Shown here: positions 13,676-27,964 of the stretch, in pieces
Layout of the letters: the number at the start of each line of letters is the position of its first letter
How positions within the stretch are numbered: the stretch's first letter is position 1
NCBI RefSeq assembly: GCF_009914755.1
Contig: NC_060940.1
Origin: the human T2T-CHM13v2.0 reference genome, Homo sapiens
Direction: 5' to 3' (one strand)
DNA length: 64,000 nucleotides
The notes under the pieces: generated by a model
What the model saw: only the letters and a program-made list of their open reading frames with translations
Databases searched by the model: none
Told to the model about the DNA's origin: nothing
Position numbers and translations under genes: made by a program

Positions 13676-15460
13676 GGTAAAAGGTAAAAATAGTTTAAAG
13701 ACTGTGTGGGCCAAAACAAACAAAAAACAACAATCCATAGGTAGATAAGTTTTAGCCACAGACTTCTAATTGAGCAGCCTCTAATCAGTTGCTGACTGAT
13801 TGATCTATACACTTGATTCAAATGGCACCTGTACTAGACATGCAGGCATAATTGAGACCTGAGCGCATTTCTTTATTAACAATACCATAAAGCGAGATAC
13901 TAGGGAGTTCAAATCTGTAGTCATTGGAATTAATTGTGTAACCCTGGAGAATACTCTCATTTTCTCAATCTTTGATCATTATAGAAATGTTTAGGGGGAG
14001 AGGTAAATGTTTAAAAGTAGCTCGAGAGTCCTTAGAGTCCAAGCCTAACACTTTTTTCTTTTTCCTTTTTCTTTTGTTTGTTTTAATTTCTCTATTTTCC
14101 TATTATTTTAAATTAAAATGTGATTGTAGGAGGGCTTCAGATTTCTTCAAACTCCTATATTATTTGTTATTATATACCCAGAAGAAGAATGAAAGAACCT
14201 AGAATTTTTAGCCTTTACTTTCCAGTTGAAAGATGGTCAAGATTTTCCAAAACTGTACTATTTCTTAGATCACAGCTACCTGAAAGTGTGGCTGAATTCA
14301 CAAAACGTTGTGCTTAAATGATTTTAGAGCTTCTGAAAACTTGCTTCTCTATTCTTGCTTTTGAGAATTCATCAAAGCTTTTGAACATTTACAATGGCCA
14401 TATGACTTTAGAAGACATTAATGCCCTTGAATTCTATAATTTCACTCCCACAAAGAATTTGTCTCCAGGAAGAAAATGGCTTTATGGCTTGATAATGTGA
14501 CAGTGAGTACAATAATAAAACAATAAAATAGATAAAGAAACAGAAGTTCTTTGAGTTTTAGAAAATACTTACAGTGGATGTACCTAAAGTCGTAGAAGAA
14601 AATCTCTAGATCCACTATTCCATTAATGAAAAAGCGTTACTTATGATTTGTGTGAAAGCGTCTATGACATAAATTTTTCTGAGGTTTCTATGAACATGCT
14701 GTAGAGCTTTATGAAATCCAGCCATCTTTATAGGTGGTGTTAAATTTAGTGTTACCAAAATTTGAGATACAAGAAAAAATATTGGTTGGGGACATAGAGA
14801 ACTTCTAAATCAGCCCAATCTATTTTAATATCAAAACTAGAAACCTACTGAAGCTTGCTCAATTCTACATGTGAGAATATAGTTTCAATAATGTTTTATA
14901 GCTTTAGAAACAGAAATACAACCAGGCTTTATGGGAGCCAGAACCAGAAAGCTGGTGAGTACACTTTCTGCATTTCCTTGTACCTCAGGCATAGTCTAGC
15001 ATCATCTTTCTCATTTGTGACTCTCTGCTCTTACGTGGCATACATCTGTCACTGTTGAGCTAGTTTATCTGTGTTCAGATTCTCCTTCACATAGTCCAGT
15101 GCAAAATACATTCTTTGTTCTATTTCAACAAATTTCTGTTTTTTTTGTCTCTAGGTTCTGATCCTGGGAAAATGTTTGTAAGCTCAATTTTAATTCTCAA
15201 ATCAGAGAATCAGAATTACTTAACCCAATCTCCTGAATTTTTTCATATGTCAAATGGTGGGAGAGGGGGTAATTTGAAAGTGATCTTCCAGCTCTAAGAA
15301 CTTTTTAGTTTGTTTTTAATATCCACCTGACAATGCTGTTGCAATGAAATAAGTCCATGTCAAATTCTATTGGCATGTTCCCATTTTTAAACAGGGTTTA
15401 TATATGTTGATTCTGCTTTGCGATGTGATTTGTTTATTATTGTTATATATAGTGAAGCAT

Positions 15461-15570
15461 ACACACACACATATATATAAATAGTGTGTGTACATACACA
15501 TAAACACATATATATAAATAGTGTGTGTACATACACACAAACACATATACACATACATACATGTATACCT
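15461..15570. repeat. (CA/TA)-rich tract with a 37-bp tandem unit (about 2.2 copies)
   Basis: Unit acacatatatataaatagtgtgtgtacatacacataa at 15467-15503 and 15504-15540, 1 mismatch. Confidence 0.9.
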
Positions 15571-16189
15571 ATCTACCATTTTTATTTTTATTTAGTTAAA
15601 ACATCTTCATTAAAGTTTTTGTTGGAAACCCAGTATTCTGTGCAGGAAATGTAATTTTGGAAGTTGCCTAAGACAGTAGTCTAAAATAATTCCAGCTATT
15701 CATTTATAAATCACCAGTGTTTTTATTCAAAATAGACATAGATTACCCTGAAAAGAGATGTTCTGAAAGAGGAACCACAAAATGAATGTTTCTCAATAAA
15801 AGTATAAATTCCTCAGTCAGTCTTCATGAATAGGTGAAGAGAAAGCTCAGAGACCTAAGGGAGATCAACGCCCTGTGCGTAGGTACAAGCACTTTCCCTT
15901 GATAGATCTACATTTTTACAAGTTACTTCTCTAGGCACACATTTCCCCTTTTAAAAAGAAAGTGGTTAAAAAATGTATCTCATAGGGAATTTCAAGTTCA
16001 AAGTAATCTATGCTTCTGTGTTTGACAATCTTGCCTTCCACCATATTCCAGCATAAAAATTTTATCCATTTGAGTCTATAGATTTTTCTAAGTCATTAAC
16101 ATTCGTGGTGGAATAGAAATGAGAATATGAATATACAAATTTGTGAATATATAATATCCTGCATTTAAAAAATTTATTCCACCAAATCT

Positions 16190-16400
16190 ACTTTTGCCTT
16201 TTACTAACCCCACTTCATGCCTCAGCATCTCTATGGACTGTGCCAACTGAGCTTCCTCACCCTCTAGTTTCAGCTGGGTTTGGCCCATGGTAGGCACAAG
16301 CAGGAGACTGGAGAGTGGGAAAAGAGGAAATGTACTCTCCTTTTCTGCTGAGCTGCACTTTGGTAATGTTATCTTCTATCAAAAGACACAGGTCCTGCCA
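16190..16400. mobile_element. Old ERVL LTR fragment (LTR40/LTR41-like)
   Basis: ccctctagtttcagctgggtttggcccatggtaggcacaagcaggagactggagagtggga. Confidence 0.5.
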
Positions 16401-16679
16401 AGCAGCTCTCTCGCCAAGGTTTAAATGTAGAATGTGTGGATAAGCCCAATAAATAATCTTATTCAAATGTGTTGATGCATATGTAAATTCAACAGGTCCC
16501 CAGTAAAAAAGTGATGCCTTACAAAAACATGATTGAAGGGAGTTTAATAAACCATCTGCTTCTTCTAGGACTAATACACCCATGTGCCATGTAATGTCAA
16601 ATAAGTATTACGTGTTTCTTGTGCATATCTCCACATCCTCCGTTTAAACCTTGGTCAGAGTTGACCGGACAGACTGACT

Positions 16680-17150
16680 TGGTAAGGATGTAAGATAATA
16701 GACACTATTTGTGGAAAAATAAATGTTTACAATCCCTTTTGTGGTCAATTTGGCAGTACCTATTCAAAATTTAAAAATACAAATAACTTTTGTTATCAAA
16801 CACATTTTTAGGAGTATACTATGGAGGTATACAAATGTATTTATATGATTTTTCACGTATTTGTAAGTAAAAAAAAAAAAAAATTTTCACTACATTGTTA
16901 ATAAGAGCAAAAGACCAAAAATAAGCTACAGATCCATTTCTAGGAGAATGATTAAATAAATTAGAAAATGTTATTTGGATAGACTCCATTTTATTTATGA
17001 AAAAATAAAGTATATACAATATGTTTAAAGGGGAAAAATTAAGTATTCTATGCATGGACTGTGATTTTAAAAACTAGTGGTTAGACCTAGTAAGAAATAG
17101 TTGGGTTCTATTTGGGGAAATAGTCTTAGTTTTCATAGAATATGCTTTTG
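16680..17150 (+). mobile_element. Ancient L1ME fragment
   Basis: caatttggcagtacctattcaaaatttaaaaatac...cactacattgttaataagagcaaaagac. Confidence 0.6.
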
Positions 17151-17154
17151 CTCT

Positions 17155-17370
17155 CTTTTTAAAAACATTGGCAAATTATAATTGTATACATTTATTGAAT
17201 ATAGTATGAAGTTTTGATATATGTATACAAGGTGTTAGGATTAAATCAAGATAATTAACATTTCCATCATCTCCCTTGCCTATCATTTTTTTAAACAGTG
17301 AGATATCTGAATTTGCTCTCCGTTATTTTGAAATATATGGTACATTATTATTTACTATAATCAACCTGGT
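17155..17370 (-). mobile_element. L1MA 3' end fragment
   Basis: aattgtatacattta...gttttgatatatgtatacaa...attaaatcaagataattaacatttccatcatctc. Confidence 0.8.
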
Positions 17371-18344
17371 GTTATCTTTTAAGTGTTTATTTTGTGAAAA
17401 TTTTACTCTTGCTATTTCTTCATAAATTCTGAAGAAGTAAACTAGAAAACAATTCATAAGTAGGTTTTGTAGTGTGCAGTGGGACTTTCAAACACAAACA
17501 AAGCTAGTTTGACATTGGAGATAATGGGTGTTTAGCTAAGCCCCATGAGTAGCAAAGTGAATTCTGTTCACCAACCACATAGCAACTTATAAATGTACGG
17601 AGGCATCAATTTGAATAAAATTAACTTGATATCATACTTATTTCTAGTCACTTCCAAAAGTAGGCACGGTGATTGTTAAATGTATGAATGTTAATGTTGT
17701 AATTTGAACAAACATTTATTAAAACACTCTGGGCACACGGAGTACATACTTATTTCTAATATCAATAATTTGGCAATGTTTTGTGCAAGCGCAATGTTCT
17801 TCTTGAGAGCCTATTCAAATACTACTCATACTATGACTCAGACTTCAATTACCCATTGAAATGTCATCTTTGCTAAAATTTTGTCTTTACCCTTTAGTCT
17901 GCAAAAACAGTAACTACACTTACTGACCACAAAGTCCATGTTACGTGTTCAACAATTGCTTCTAGAATGCATGCATCTGAAATTTCGCAGTAGTTATAAA
18001 TGCTCACATTCATTTTATTCCCAATTCATTCATTACCTAGTGCTATGACGTGATCATTCTTTTAATGTGCATTACTACAGGTTTAACAAAAGCCTGTGAG
18101 CTCTTATACTTACAAACTAATAATGCTGGAAACTCTGAGAATATAAATAAATATAAGATACATTTCACAGTCTAGCATTTATGTCCTGCATGAAAGGATA
18201 TAAGAAAAATAAAATCAAACTGTGACGTGCTATCAAGAGAGTTTATGAGTTACTTATTGCTTTTACTCCTTTAGTGCCTGGCATCAGATTACTCTTATTA
18301 AATAAAAATAAATATTAATTAGCTAAAATCCTCTACAGTTTCTT

Positions 18345-20330
18345 AGTGAACCTTTAATTTTATAATAGTTTCAGATTTACATAAAAACTGTAATGATTGC
18401 AAAAATTTGCTTATACCTCATATCCAGTTCCTTTGACTGTTAATCTCCATTATTACCGGTAAATTTGTCACTATCAATTGACCTATATTGATACATTATT
18501 ATCAATTAAAGTCCACAATTTATTCGTATGTCAATAGGTTTTAACTTATTTTTTTTTCTTTTCCAGGATCCCATCCAAAATACTACATTGGATTTAGATG
18601 TCAGGTCTTCTTGGGCTTCCCTTAGCTGTGATAGCTTTTCAGACTTAATCTTGTTTTTGATAACCTTGATAGTTTTGACAACTGGTGAGATATTTTGTAC
18701 AGCGTCCTTCAATTGAGACCTCGTTTATTTCTTATTACTTGACTGGAGTTTAGGTTTTGGGAAGAAGACCGCAGTGGTAAAGTATCATTCTGATTATGTC
18801 ACATAAAGTGCCCATACTAACAGCAATACTTATCACTGTTGATGTTAGCATTGATCCACCTGGCTGATGTCGTATTTGGCAAATTTCTCCAATGTGTTAC
18901 CATTGCCCCTCACATTAGCATGATATACTTTTGGAAGAAAGAAACTATGCATAGTCAACATTGAGATAGTGGGAATTATGCTCCACTTCCTTGAGGGTAA
19001 AGTACCAGCATACATTATTTTGAATACTTCTGCATAGAAGGCTTTTCTTCCCTATTTATTTTTTATTCTATTTTTTAAATGACAATATAGATTCATGAAT
19101 ATGTATGCTATACTTTGAGTTAAAATATAATACTTTGTTTATTTTGTTGCTCAGATTATTCTAGCTTTGGACATTGAAAATTCTATTAGTTGGTTTTTAT
19201 GTCCCTTTGACATGCTTCCATCATTCTGTGTGCTTGCATGTGTGTGTGTGCATGTGTGTGTATGTTTTGTACACTTTCTTTATTGGGGGGCACTACAATA
19301 TGCTCCAGGTTTATTTTCTATATTTTCTGTATCAATTCTAGAATCGGTCAATTTTTCAAAAAGTGCTAGGTCCTGGTTTTGGAAATGGTATTACACACTA
19401 ATATCTACGTGCTTTGTGTGCTCATTGCTACTGAGATGTTGTTGCTTCTGCAATCTTTCAGCTGACAGAGCAAGGGGAGACATGTATATATACTAACCCA
19501 TACACACATTCGTACTAATGAATATTTTCCTCTTCTATCGTAAGCTAAACATAAGTTCATAATGTTGTTTCCAACTCTAACCCATTCCTACATGGGTCAT
19601 TCTAGCTTGCTTCCCTTGTTTATGTTTATGTTCCCACTCCAACACTTGCAAACCTGGCTCCCACCATCCACCATTCATTTACTTAATTGTTTAATTCTAG
19701 TATACATGTATAGTAGTTTCAGAAGCATGAACTCATACCACCATGAGTAGATAGCAAAATAACTCTTTGTCCATTAGCGTAAAGTGCTTATGTGCAGATC
19801 CGTTTTGCCTTTAATCCTACAGACTCCATTTACCTCCAAAGTCATTTTGGTCTCTGTCCTTTCCTGCACCCTTTCAACATGGCTGTTCCCTACACATCTA
19901 TTGAAGTTTAATTCCTTTGTCATATTCAGCATTTTATCCTGAGATCTCCCACCCTCCTAAAAAATGTCCGTTTTAATTTGCAAGTATTGGGACTTACTCT
20001 TTTACCATACACTTCTATGAATTTTTACAAATATAGTGTTCTGTATCTCTATTACAGCATCATACCAAATAGTTTCACCATTCTAAAAAAAAAAAAAGTC
20101 CTCTATGCTTGTACTCTGTAACCCTTCCTCCTTCTTAATCTCTTGGCAGCCACTGATCAGTTTACCTTCTCCATGGTTTTGCATCTCTCAGAATACCATA
20201 TGAATGCTACCACACAGTGCGTACTTTTCAGACTTGCTTTTTGCACTTATTATTGTGCATTAAATAGTCAATCCATGTCTCTGCCTGGAATCATAGTTCA
20301 TTCCTTGTTATCGCTGAATACATTCTTGCA
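18345..20330 (-). mobile_element. L1MC/L1MD 3'UTR
   Basis: taatagtttcagatttaca; ttccaggatcccatccaaaatactacattg; ttttgttgctcagattattctagctttgg; cagctgacagagcaagg. Confidence 0.8.
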
Positions 20331-20933
20331 CATTTTTTGTAGTCATTGTTTTACCATTTTTTCTTCTTTTTATCCTTAAGATAAACCTTGAACTTGAATA
20401 AATCTTGGTATTTTATTGTATTTCACTTCCTAATACCAGTGAAGGACATAAAAAGTGCTGTACTATAAAATTGTCATCTTAAATGGTTACTTATTTGGCT
20501 ACAAGTGCACTTTAAATTCCAAATTCTGCCTTCACAGGTGGCTGTTCTAATCTAATCCTTTCATCTTATCCCCCATTTGGTGTTGTACTGATGGTAATTA
20601 CCTTTTTTATTGTCTGTCAGTCAGTTTTATGTAGACGGACGATAGTAGTTTCAATCAGACAGAATCCTTCTAATTTCTCTGTTAAATTTCCTTACAGAAC
20701 TTTTCTGAATGGTTTACCAAACCCTAAATAAACTATGCCTTCTGAATTGTTTTCCAGCTATAACAAGAGTTAAGGAAGGCTATCAGCTGTGTCTGACATG
20801 CTCACGTTTTATTATGAAGGACTATATGTCAGCCAGCAGACACTTTGTCTCTGAAAGAGGCCTTGAGTACCTTCACTGATTTGACTATGTATGTTGATGG
20901 ATTCTTAGTCAGAGGATATTTTTTTGAAGTGTG

Positions 20934-21106
20934 TCACCCTCCTCTAAGGAAACAGCATAGAAAGAAAATACAACAGGAAGTCTAGACTTGGCCCAGTTCA
21001 GTTTGTGGAAGTGATTGACTTTGGCAGATGTGGGCCGTTAAGAGAACAAGACAGTTAAGAGGGCAAGACTAGAATTTGAAATTCTAGTCACAGTTCTGGC
21101 TCTAAA
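20934..21106 (+). repeat. 173-bp direct duplication, copy 1
   Basis: About 95% identical (about 9 substitutions, no indels) to 22089-22261. Confidence 0.97.
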
Positions 21107-21692
21107 TATTATTCAGATATAAGTGATTCTGTTCTTTCTCTTCTCTTTACCATGAAAAAGGTTTTGGCTTTACCCATCTGCACTGCTTATCTCCAACCCC
21201 ACTTTCTGTATTTTGCCAGCTGTGCCATATGGATATTCTTGATAGAAAATCTGGAGAAGATGGAGGAAGGGAAGGAGTATGAAGGCTGGATAAGGTGTAT
21301 AGAAACATGTGCTGCCATGGTGAGGGAGGAAAGTGATTCAGAGAAAATTGTGATTTTTCAAAGAAGAGGTGCTACATCATGCTCAATAAATAGAAGTAAA
21401 ACCCTTGTGCTAATTTGAAATTATTTTTGGCTTCTTGACTGGGTTTTCTGGAATGTGACACTGCCCTAAGATTGGATCGAGTGGTTAACAGCTTCAAGGA
21501 CGCTATGCGTCTCTAGGGCTCATTTAATGATCACACTCACAAACATAACAGTAGTATCAACAAATCCAGCTACAGCCCAAGATAACATAAGTCAGTGTCA
21601 AATGCGGGTATAAAATGAAATCAGAAATCTGAGCTAAGATGCTGAGTGACTTAGTTTAGAAAAAAAAGAGAAAGAGCAGAATTAAGAATTCC

Positions 21693-21980
21693 AGGCTGGG
21701 CGTGGTGGCTCACCCCTGTAATCTCAGCACTTTGAGATGCCAAGGTGGGTGGATCACGAGGTCAAGAGATCGAGATCATCCTTGCCAACATGGTGAAACC
21801 CTGTCTCTACTAAAAATACAATAATCAGCTGGGTGTGGTGGTGCACACCTGTAACCCCAGCTACTCAGAAGGCTGAGGCAGGAGAATTGGTTGAACCCAG
21901 GAAGTGGAGGTTGCAATGAGGTGAGATAATGCCACTCCAGCCTGGTGACAAAGCGAGACTCTGTTTCAGAAAAAAAAAAA
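21693..21980 (+). mobile_element. Alu (AluSc-like)
   Basis: ggatcacgaggtcaagagatcgag and cctggtgac diagnostics, poly-A tail, degenerate TSD (aattccag/aatccag). Confidence 0.95.
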
Positions 21981-22088
21981 TCCAGAACTAGAACACTTCA
22001 GTTTGGAAACCTGAAGGCTCCCACAAAAGCCCTTCTGAACTTTGCCCACTCTGTTGCTATTTTGCTGTAATTTTCTTTTGGTTCGGGC

Positions 22089-22261
22089 TCACCCTCCTCT
22101 AAGGAAAGAGCATAGAAAGAGAATACAACAGGAAGTCTAGATTTGGCCCAGTTCAGTTTGTGGAGGTGATTGACTTTGGCAGAGGTGGACAGTTAAGAGA
22201 ACAAGATAGTTAATAGGGCAAGACTAGAATTTGAAATTCTAGTCACAGTTCTGGCTCTAAA
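22089..22261 (+). repeat. 173-bp direct duplication, copy 2
   Basis: Matches 20934-21106. Continues into a MIR core (cctcagttttctcatctgtagaatgag). Confidence 0.97.
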
Positions 22262-22370
22262 GAGTCCTGCAGTCTTGGACTTTTCACCTAACCTCGATCC
22301 TCAGTTTTCTCATCTGTAGAATGAGTTCAGACAAAGTGATCTCTGTGTTTCTTGAAAACTAGCATTCTGT
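22215..22370 (+). mobile_element. MIR
   Basis: MIR core cctaacctc...cctcagttttctcatctgtagaatg. Confidence 0.6.
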
Positions 22371-22479
22371 GGCTATCCTTTAAGCATTTTGAAGTGGCCA
22401 GTACAGAATCAGAAACAAAAGGATTCGACTTCCAGCACCACTTTCTCTGTTTACTTGGAGTTAGCTAACAACAGCCTCC

Positions 22480-23270
22480 AACAGGAATCAGCAAACTACT
22501 ACCCATGAATCAAATCTGGCTGCCTACCTCTTTTTATAAATAAAACTTTGTTGCAACACAGCCACACCTATTCTTTTACATATTGTCTGTGGCTGCTTTT
22601 GAGCTACGATGTCAGCAAGTAGTAGCTACAATAGCAGAGATGATAGAATATAGCCTACAAAGCCAAAAATATTAGTCAGGGTTCTCTAGGGGGACAGAAC
22701 TAATAGGATATATGTATACATGAAAGGGAGTTTATTAAGAAGAATTGACTCACACAGTCACAAGGCGAAGTTTATTTATTCCACGATAGGCTATCTGCAA
22801 GTTGAGAAGCAAGGAAGCCAGTAGTGGCTCAGTCTGAGCCTCAAAGCCTCAGAAAATAGGGAAGCTGACAATACAGACTTCAGTCTGTGGCCAAAGGCCC
22901 GAGAGCCCCTGGTAAACTACTGGTGTAAGTTCCAAAAGCTAAAGAACTTGGATTCTGATGTTCAAGGGCAGGAAGCAGATGAAGGCCAGAAGACTTAACA
23001 AGTCAGCTTCTTCCACCTTCTTCCACCTGCTTTTTCTAGCCACGCTGGCAGCCAATTGGATGGTGCCCTCCCACATTGTGGGTGGGTCTTTTTGAGGATA
23101 GGTCTTCCTTTCCCAGTCCACTGACTCAAATGTTAATCTCTTCTTGGCAACACTCAGAAACACCCACATACACCCAGAAACAATACTTTGCATCCTTCAA
23201 TCCAATCAAGTTGACACTTAATATTAACCATCACACATGCCTTTAACAGAAAAAAGTTTGCCAACCTCCC
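22480..23270 (+). mobile_element. MER58A-like hAT element interrupted by an MLT2 LTR
   Basis: caggaatcagcaaactact...cagccacacc...aaagccaaaaatatt, then the LTR, then acagaaaaaagtttgccaacc. Confidence 0.8.
22670..23235 (-). mobile_element. MLT2A (MLT2A2-like) ERVL solo LTR
   Basis: tattagtcagggttctctag.gggacagaactaatagg...caagttgacacttaatattaaccatcaca. Confidence 0.92.
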
Positions 23271-24396
23271 CCATGTAAATATCAATTTCTATGTTTGCAA
23301 ATGGGAGAAATTATACCTGTTTTGACCACCTTAATGAATTGTTATGGCAATGATTGGAAAATAAATAAATAAGAAATTACTTAGGAATATCACATATATT
23401 GAATTTTTTCTTTAAAAATATGATTATTTCAGATGAATCTGACAGTATATTATTGCCTTTTCCACCTATTCATTTCAAGAGCATGCCTGCACTTGTCTGT
23501 TATTTTTTTTCTCTCCTTACTGCTAGACCTACCCTTAATATATGCAAAGGCCTCTAGCAAAATTGCACATTGAACATATACTGGTCACAAGCCTGAACCT
23601 GACTCCTAGCCTAACCTAATTCTCTTGCTGCACTAAAATCTAACCAGCACTGTGGTCTTAGCTAAAATATCTGAGCCTCATGTGCATATATGTAAACACC
23701 CCACCTTACAATGCATTATCTACCCCTCTACCACTAAACTAGCCCCGTAGTAAGCCTTTGGATTGAAGGTGCAGGCCTCCCTTGGAAGGTCATCTGGGGA
23801 AAGGGGTCTGCACAGGTCCTCGAAGAAGGCTTAAAGCTCTGTAGGAAAGAGCAAAGTTGTAAGAGGGCCTGAGTGCAACCGTCTTAATCCTGGAACTCAG
23901 AGAAACACCTGTTGCCTGGGGCTAAGAGCAGACAGTACCGCTCGCTATTTTCTGCCTAATCCAGACTGCTATTAGCTCTTGTGAAGTAGATTGGAATGGT
24001 CTCCTAACTATCCTCTCCATAAATTTTGTCTCTCCCATTTTTAAAAAACCTTCCATAAAAGTGATGATTCTAAAGACAAAATCACTCCCATCAACTTTCT
24101 AACCATTATTATCCTAGGAACACTAAGCAGCCATTAAAGGTTTTAAAGACAAAGACTTAAAGGTACGTGTGTTCTGGCCTTGCCTATCTCATCAGTTTCA
24201 TCCCCTGCTGCTTTTCTCAGTGCACTAGCCATGCTGCCCTGTCAGTGAGTGACTAGTGCCATGTTTCCTCTAGCCACAGGGTTGCTGAACATGCTTCTCC
24301 CGGTCCTGGGATGCTACACCCATGTTTACAGTTGTCTTGGTTAACCTCTCCTCTTCCTTCAGATCTTCTACTCCAAGTTAATTCTTTCTTTGTATA

Positions 24397-24561
24397 GTAT
24401 TGTTTTTCAACCCTAGCTAAACATTAAAATTCTCAAATACCAATGCCCATTCCCCAACCTAGACAATTTAAATCAGGCACATAGGGTAGAGAGGCAGGTC
24501 TGAGCATTATTACAAAGCTTTTCAGGTGATACTGATATGAGGACAAGTGTGAGGATAACTG
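24397..24561. mobile_element. MER5-type hAT MITE
   Basis: agtattgtttttcaacc...tttcaggtgatactgatatg...gaggataactg terminal motifs. Confidence 0.65.
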
Positions 24562-25944
24562 TGCTTTATATCATCTTATAACTACATACATGCACCTCCC
24601 ATTTATAATTACACAAATCACAAAAAAGTCCAGAAAAGTGGCAAATATCTGTCTTACTCCCTTGTAAGCTCCATGAGGTAAGTGTCACTCACTTATTCAT
24701 GCATTGATTACTTATTTTTTAAGCACTTTCTGTGTAATAGACTCTGTTCTAGCTTATGGGGATGGAGTCATGAACAGCATCTTCGTATTTCTTCTTGTAC
24801 AGAATATGTATCTGGGGGCATTGTAGAGTTTTGATATATATTTGATGAACTACTGAATAAATATTCTTATGTTTTCATGTTTACTTTTCTATACATATTT
24901 CCCCCTTCCTGAGATAACTCTTCGTTTCCCCCCAAAATACCTAAAACAATGAAGTTTTGAGCCGAGCTTTTTGAGCACTTTAAATAATTGCTCAACTTCC
25001 AGCTTCAGATTGTCTTTCATGACAGTCTTTGGGTTTCTTAATTACTGCATTTTGTCTTTCCCTGTCACTCAGATAATAAAACTGTAGTCTGGATTACCAT
25101 TCTTCAGAAAGAAGGAAAAACAAAAAGTTTTGTGCATTACTTTGTGACATTGCTACGTCACCATCTTTCTCTGTCTTTGGAAATAAATAGTTGGCAGATC
25201 TGCAATTTCTTCTGTCTGCTTGTTGGAACCCTTGGCAACATGTCACCTGTTCCAGCAGATTTTTGTATTCAGAGCACAATTCAGAGCTCAGGAAGAATTC
25301 TTTGCTGATTTCTTCCAGTAATTAATCATTGCGTACTGCCTCACTATTAGGGAGCCATCTCAGTCTACACATGTGCATTCAATTAAGCCTTGATTGTTTC
25401 AATTAATGGATTAACTGGCTACTGTGTTTTGTTTTTGCTGTTTTCTTACTGCATTCCTCTCCAATTCTTATTTTCTAACTCAATTCTTCATGGGCTTTTT
25501 TCACTAACAGAAGCACAGGGAGTGGAAAAAACAAAAATAAAGTTAATCTTTAAATCTTTGGTAGTAAATCTCCTGAAAAATGGCAGATATTCAAGCATTT
25601 ATGGAATAAATAGACTATATGATCATTGCATTTTCTTCTGTTTCCTTAACCTTCATTTCTGAAAAAAAAAAAAAGAAGCATCATAATGAAATAAGAAATT
25701 GGAATAACCTGTAGTCAGACTAATTGGCTTTTAATCTGGCCACTGTCCCATCATAATTGTGGTCTTAGCTAAAATATCTGGTCCTTTGTTTTGTTTTTTA
25801 ATCCATAAATCAATTAATGCCATAGTCATTTGCCTATGGCCAGGAAAAATCGTGGATTATAGATTATTGACTTAATGCTTTATGGTAAACATATAAGAAC
25901 TTATTCTTCTCCAAACTCGAAAAAGTTGTACCAAATCAATTATT

Positions 25945-26720
<776 letters not shown>

Positions 26721-27021
26721 TGTAATGACTGGTCTCAAATTGTGCCCAACCTCTCCAGCTTTCTGTCATTTCCCTAACCATCTACTATACCACTCACCCT
26801 ATAATAGTTCTCACATAAGGGGACACTTATAATCTTTTTAGAATCTTTAGCGTATATTTTGAAGGTGAGACTTGTAAGTTACATATTATACTCCCAAAGA
26901 CATGTTTCTAGGAAAAAAACTTATGAAGTGCCTTATATAAATTTTTACTTAATAAATTTACATAAAATATGCAAAGTAATGTCATACTATGTAAGAGAAC
27001 ATAATTTCCTATATTTGCTTA

Positions 27022-27964
27022 ATAAATAAATTGTATTGTGTATATTTAAGGTATATAACATCTAGTTACGAGATACACATAGGTATTAAAATGGTTAGTA
27101 TAGTGAAGCAAATTAATGCACCCACCATCTCACATTGTTCCTTATTTTTTTGTTTTGTTTTGTTTTTGTCGTAAGAGCAGTTAAAATCTACTCATTTAGC
27201 AAGAATCCAAAAATAGTAGAATTTTATTAACTATCGTCCTTTTGCTGTACATCTCTAGAATGTTCATCCTCTGCGTATGCTACTTTGTAAACTCTAACCT
27301 GTATCTTCCCATTTCCTCCCTCTCCCCACTGCTAATAACCATGGTTTTCTTCTCTATAACTATATATTTGAATTTTCTTTCTTTTTTTATTTTAAATATA
27401 TGTGAGGCCATGCACTGTTTTTCTTTCTGTGTCTGGTTTATTTCACTTAGCATAATGTCCTTCAGTTTCACTCATGTTGTGACAAGTGGCAAGATCTTCT
27501 TTTGATGGCTGAATAGTATTCCATTGTGTATATATAACCACAATATTTAATCCATTTATCCAGGGATGGATACTTAGGTTTTCTCCATATCTTAGCTATT
27601 ATAAATAGTGCTTCAGTGAACATGGAAGTGCTTTATGATAGTGGAACATGGAAGTGCAGCTTTCTTTATGAGGTGATGATGTTTTTTCCTTTGGGTATAT
27701 GCCCAGGAGATGGACTGCTACATCATACAGTAGTCCTATGCTTTAATTTTTAGAGGAATCTCTACATTGTTTTTCACAGTGGCTACACCATTCTACATTT
27801 CCACCAACAGTGTACAAGAGTTCCCTTTTCTGTACGCTCTTGCCAACATTTGTTATCCCTTGTCTTTTTGATAACAGCCATCCTAGCTGCTGTGAGGAGT
27901 TATTTCATAGTGGTTTTGATTTTCATTTCCCTGATGATTCACGATGTTGAGCACCTTTTCATAC
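27022..27964 (-). mobile_element. L1MA (L1MA9/10-like) 3' end
   Basis: ttgtattgtgtatatttaaggtatataaca...gctgaatagtattccattgtgtat...gagcaccttttcatac. Confidence 0.88.

Noticed and set aside
21152-21418. 88-aa ATG ORF between the duplicated blocks as a retrocopy
   Set aside because: No recognisable protein similarity, and no poly-A tail or TSD tied to it.
20934-22261. 173-bp repeats as LTRs of a novel mini-retroelement
   Set aside because: No TG...CA termini, no outer TSD, no PBS or polypurine tract. The unit runs into a MIR.
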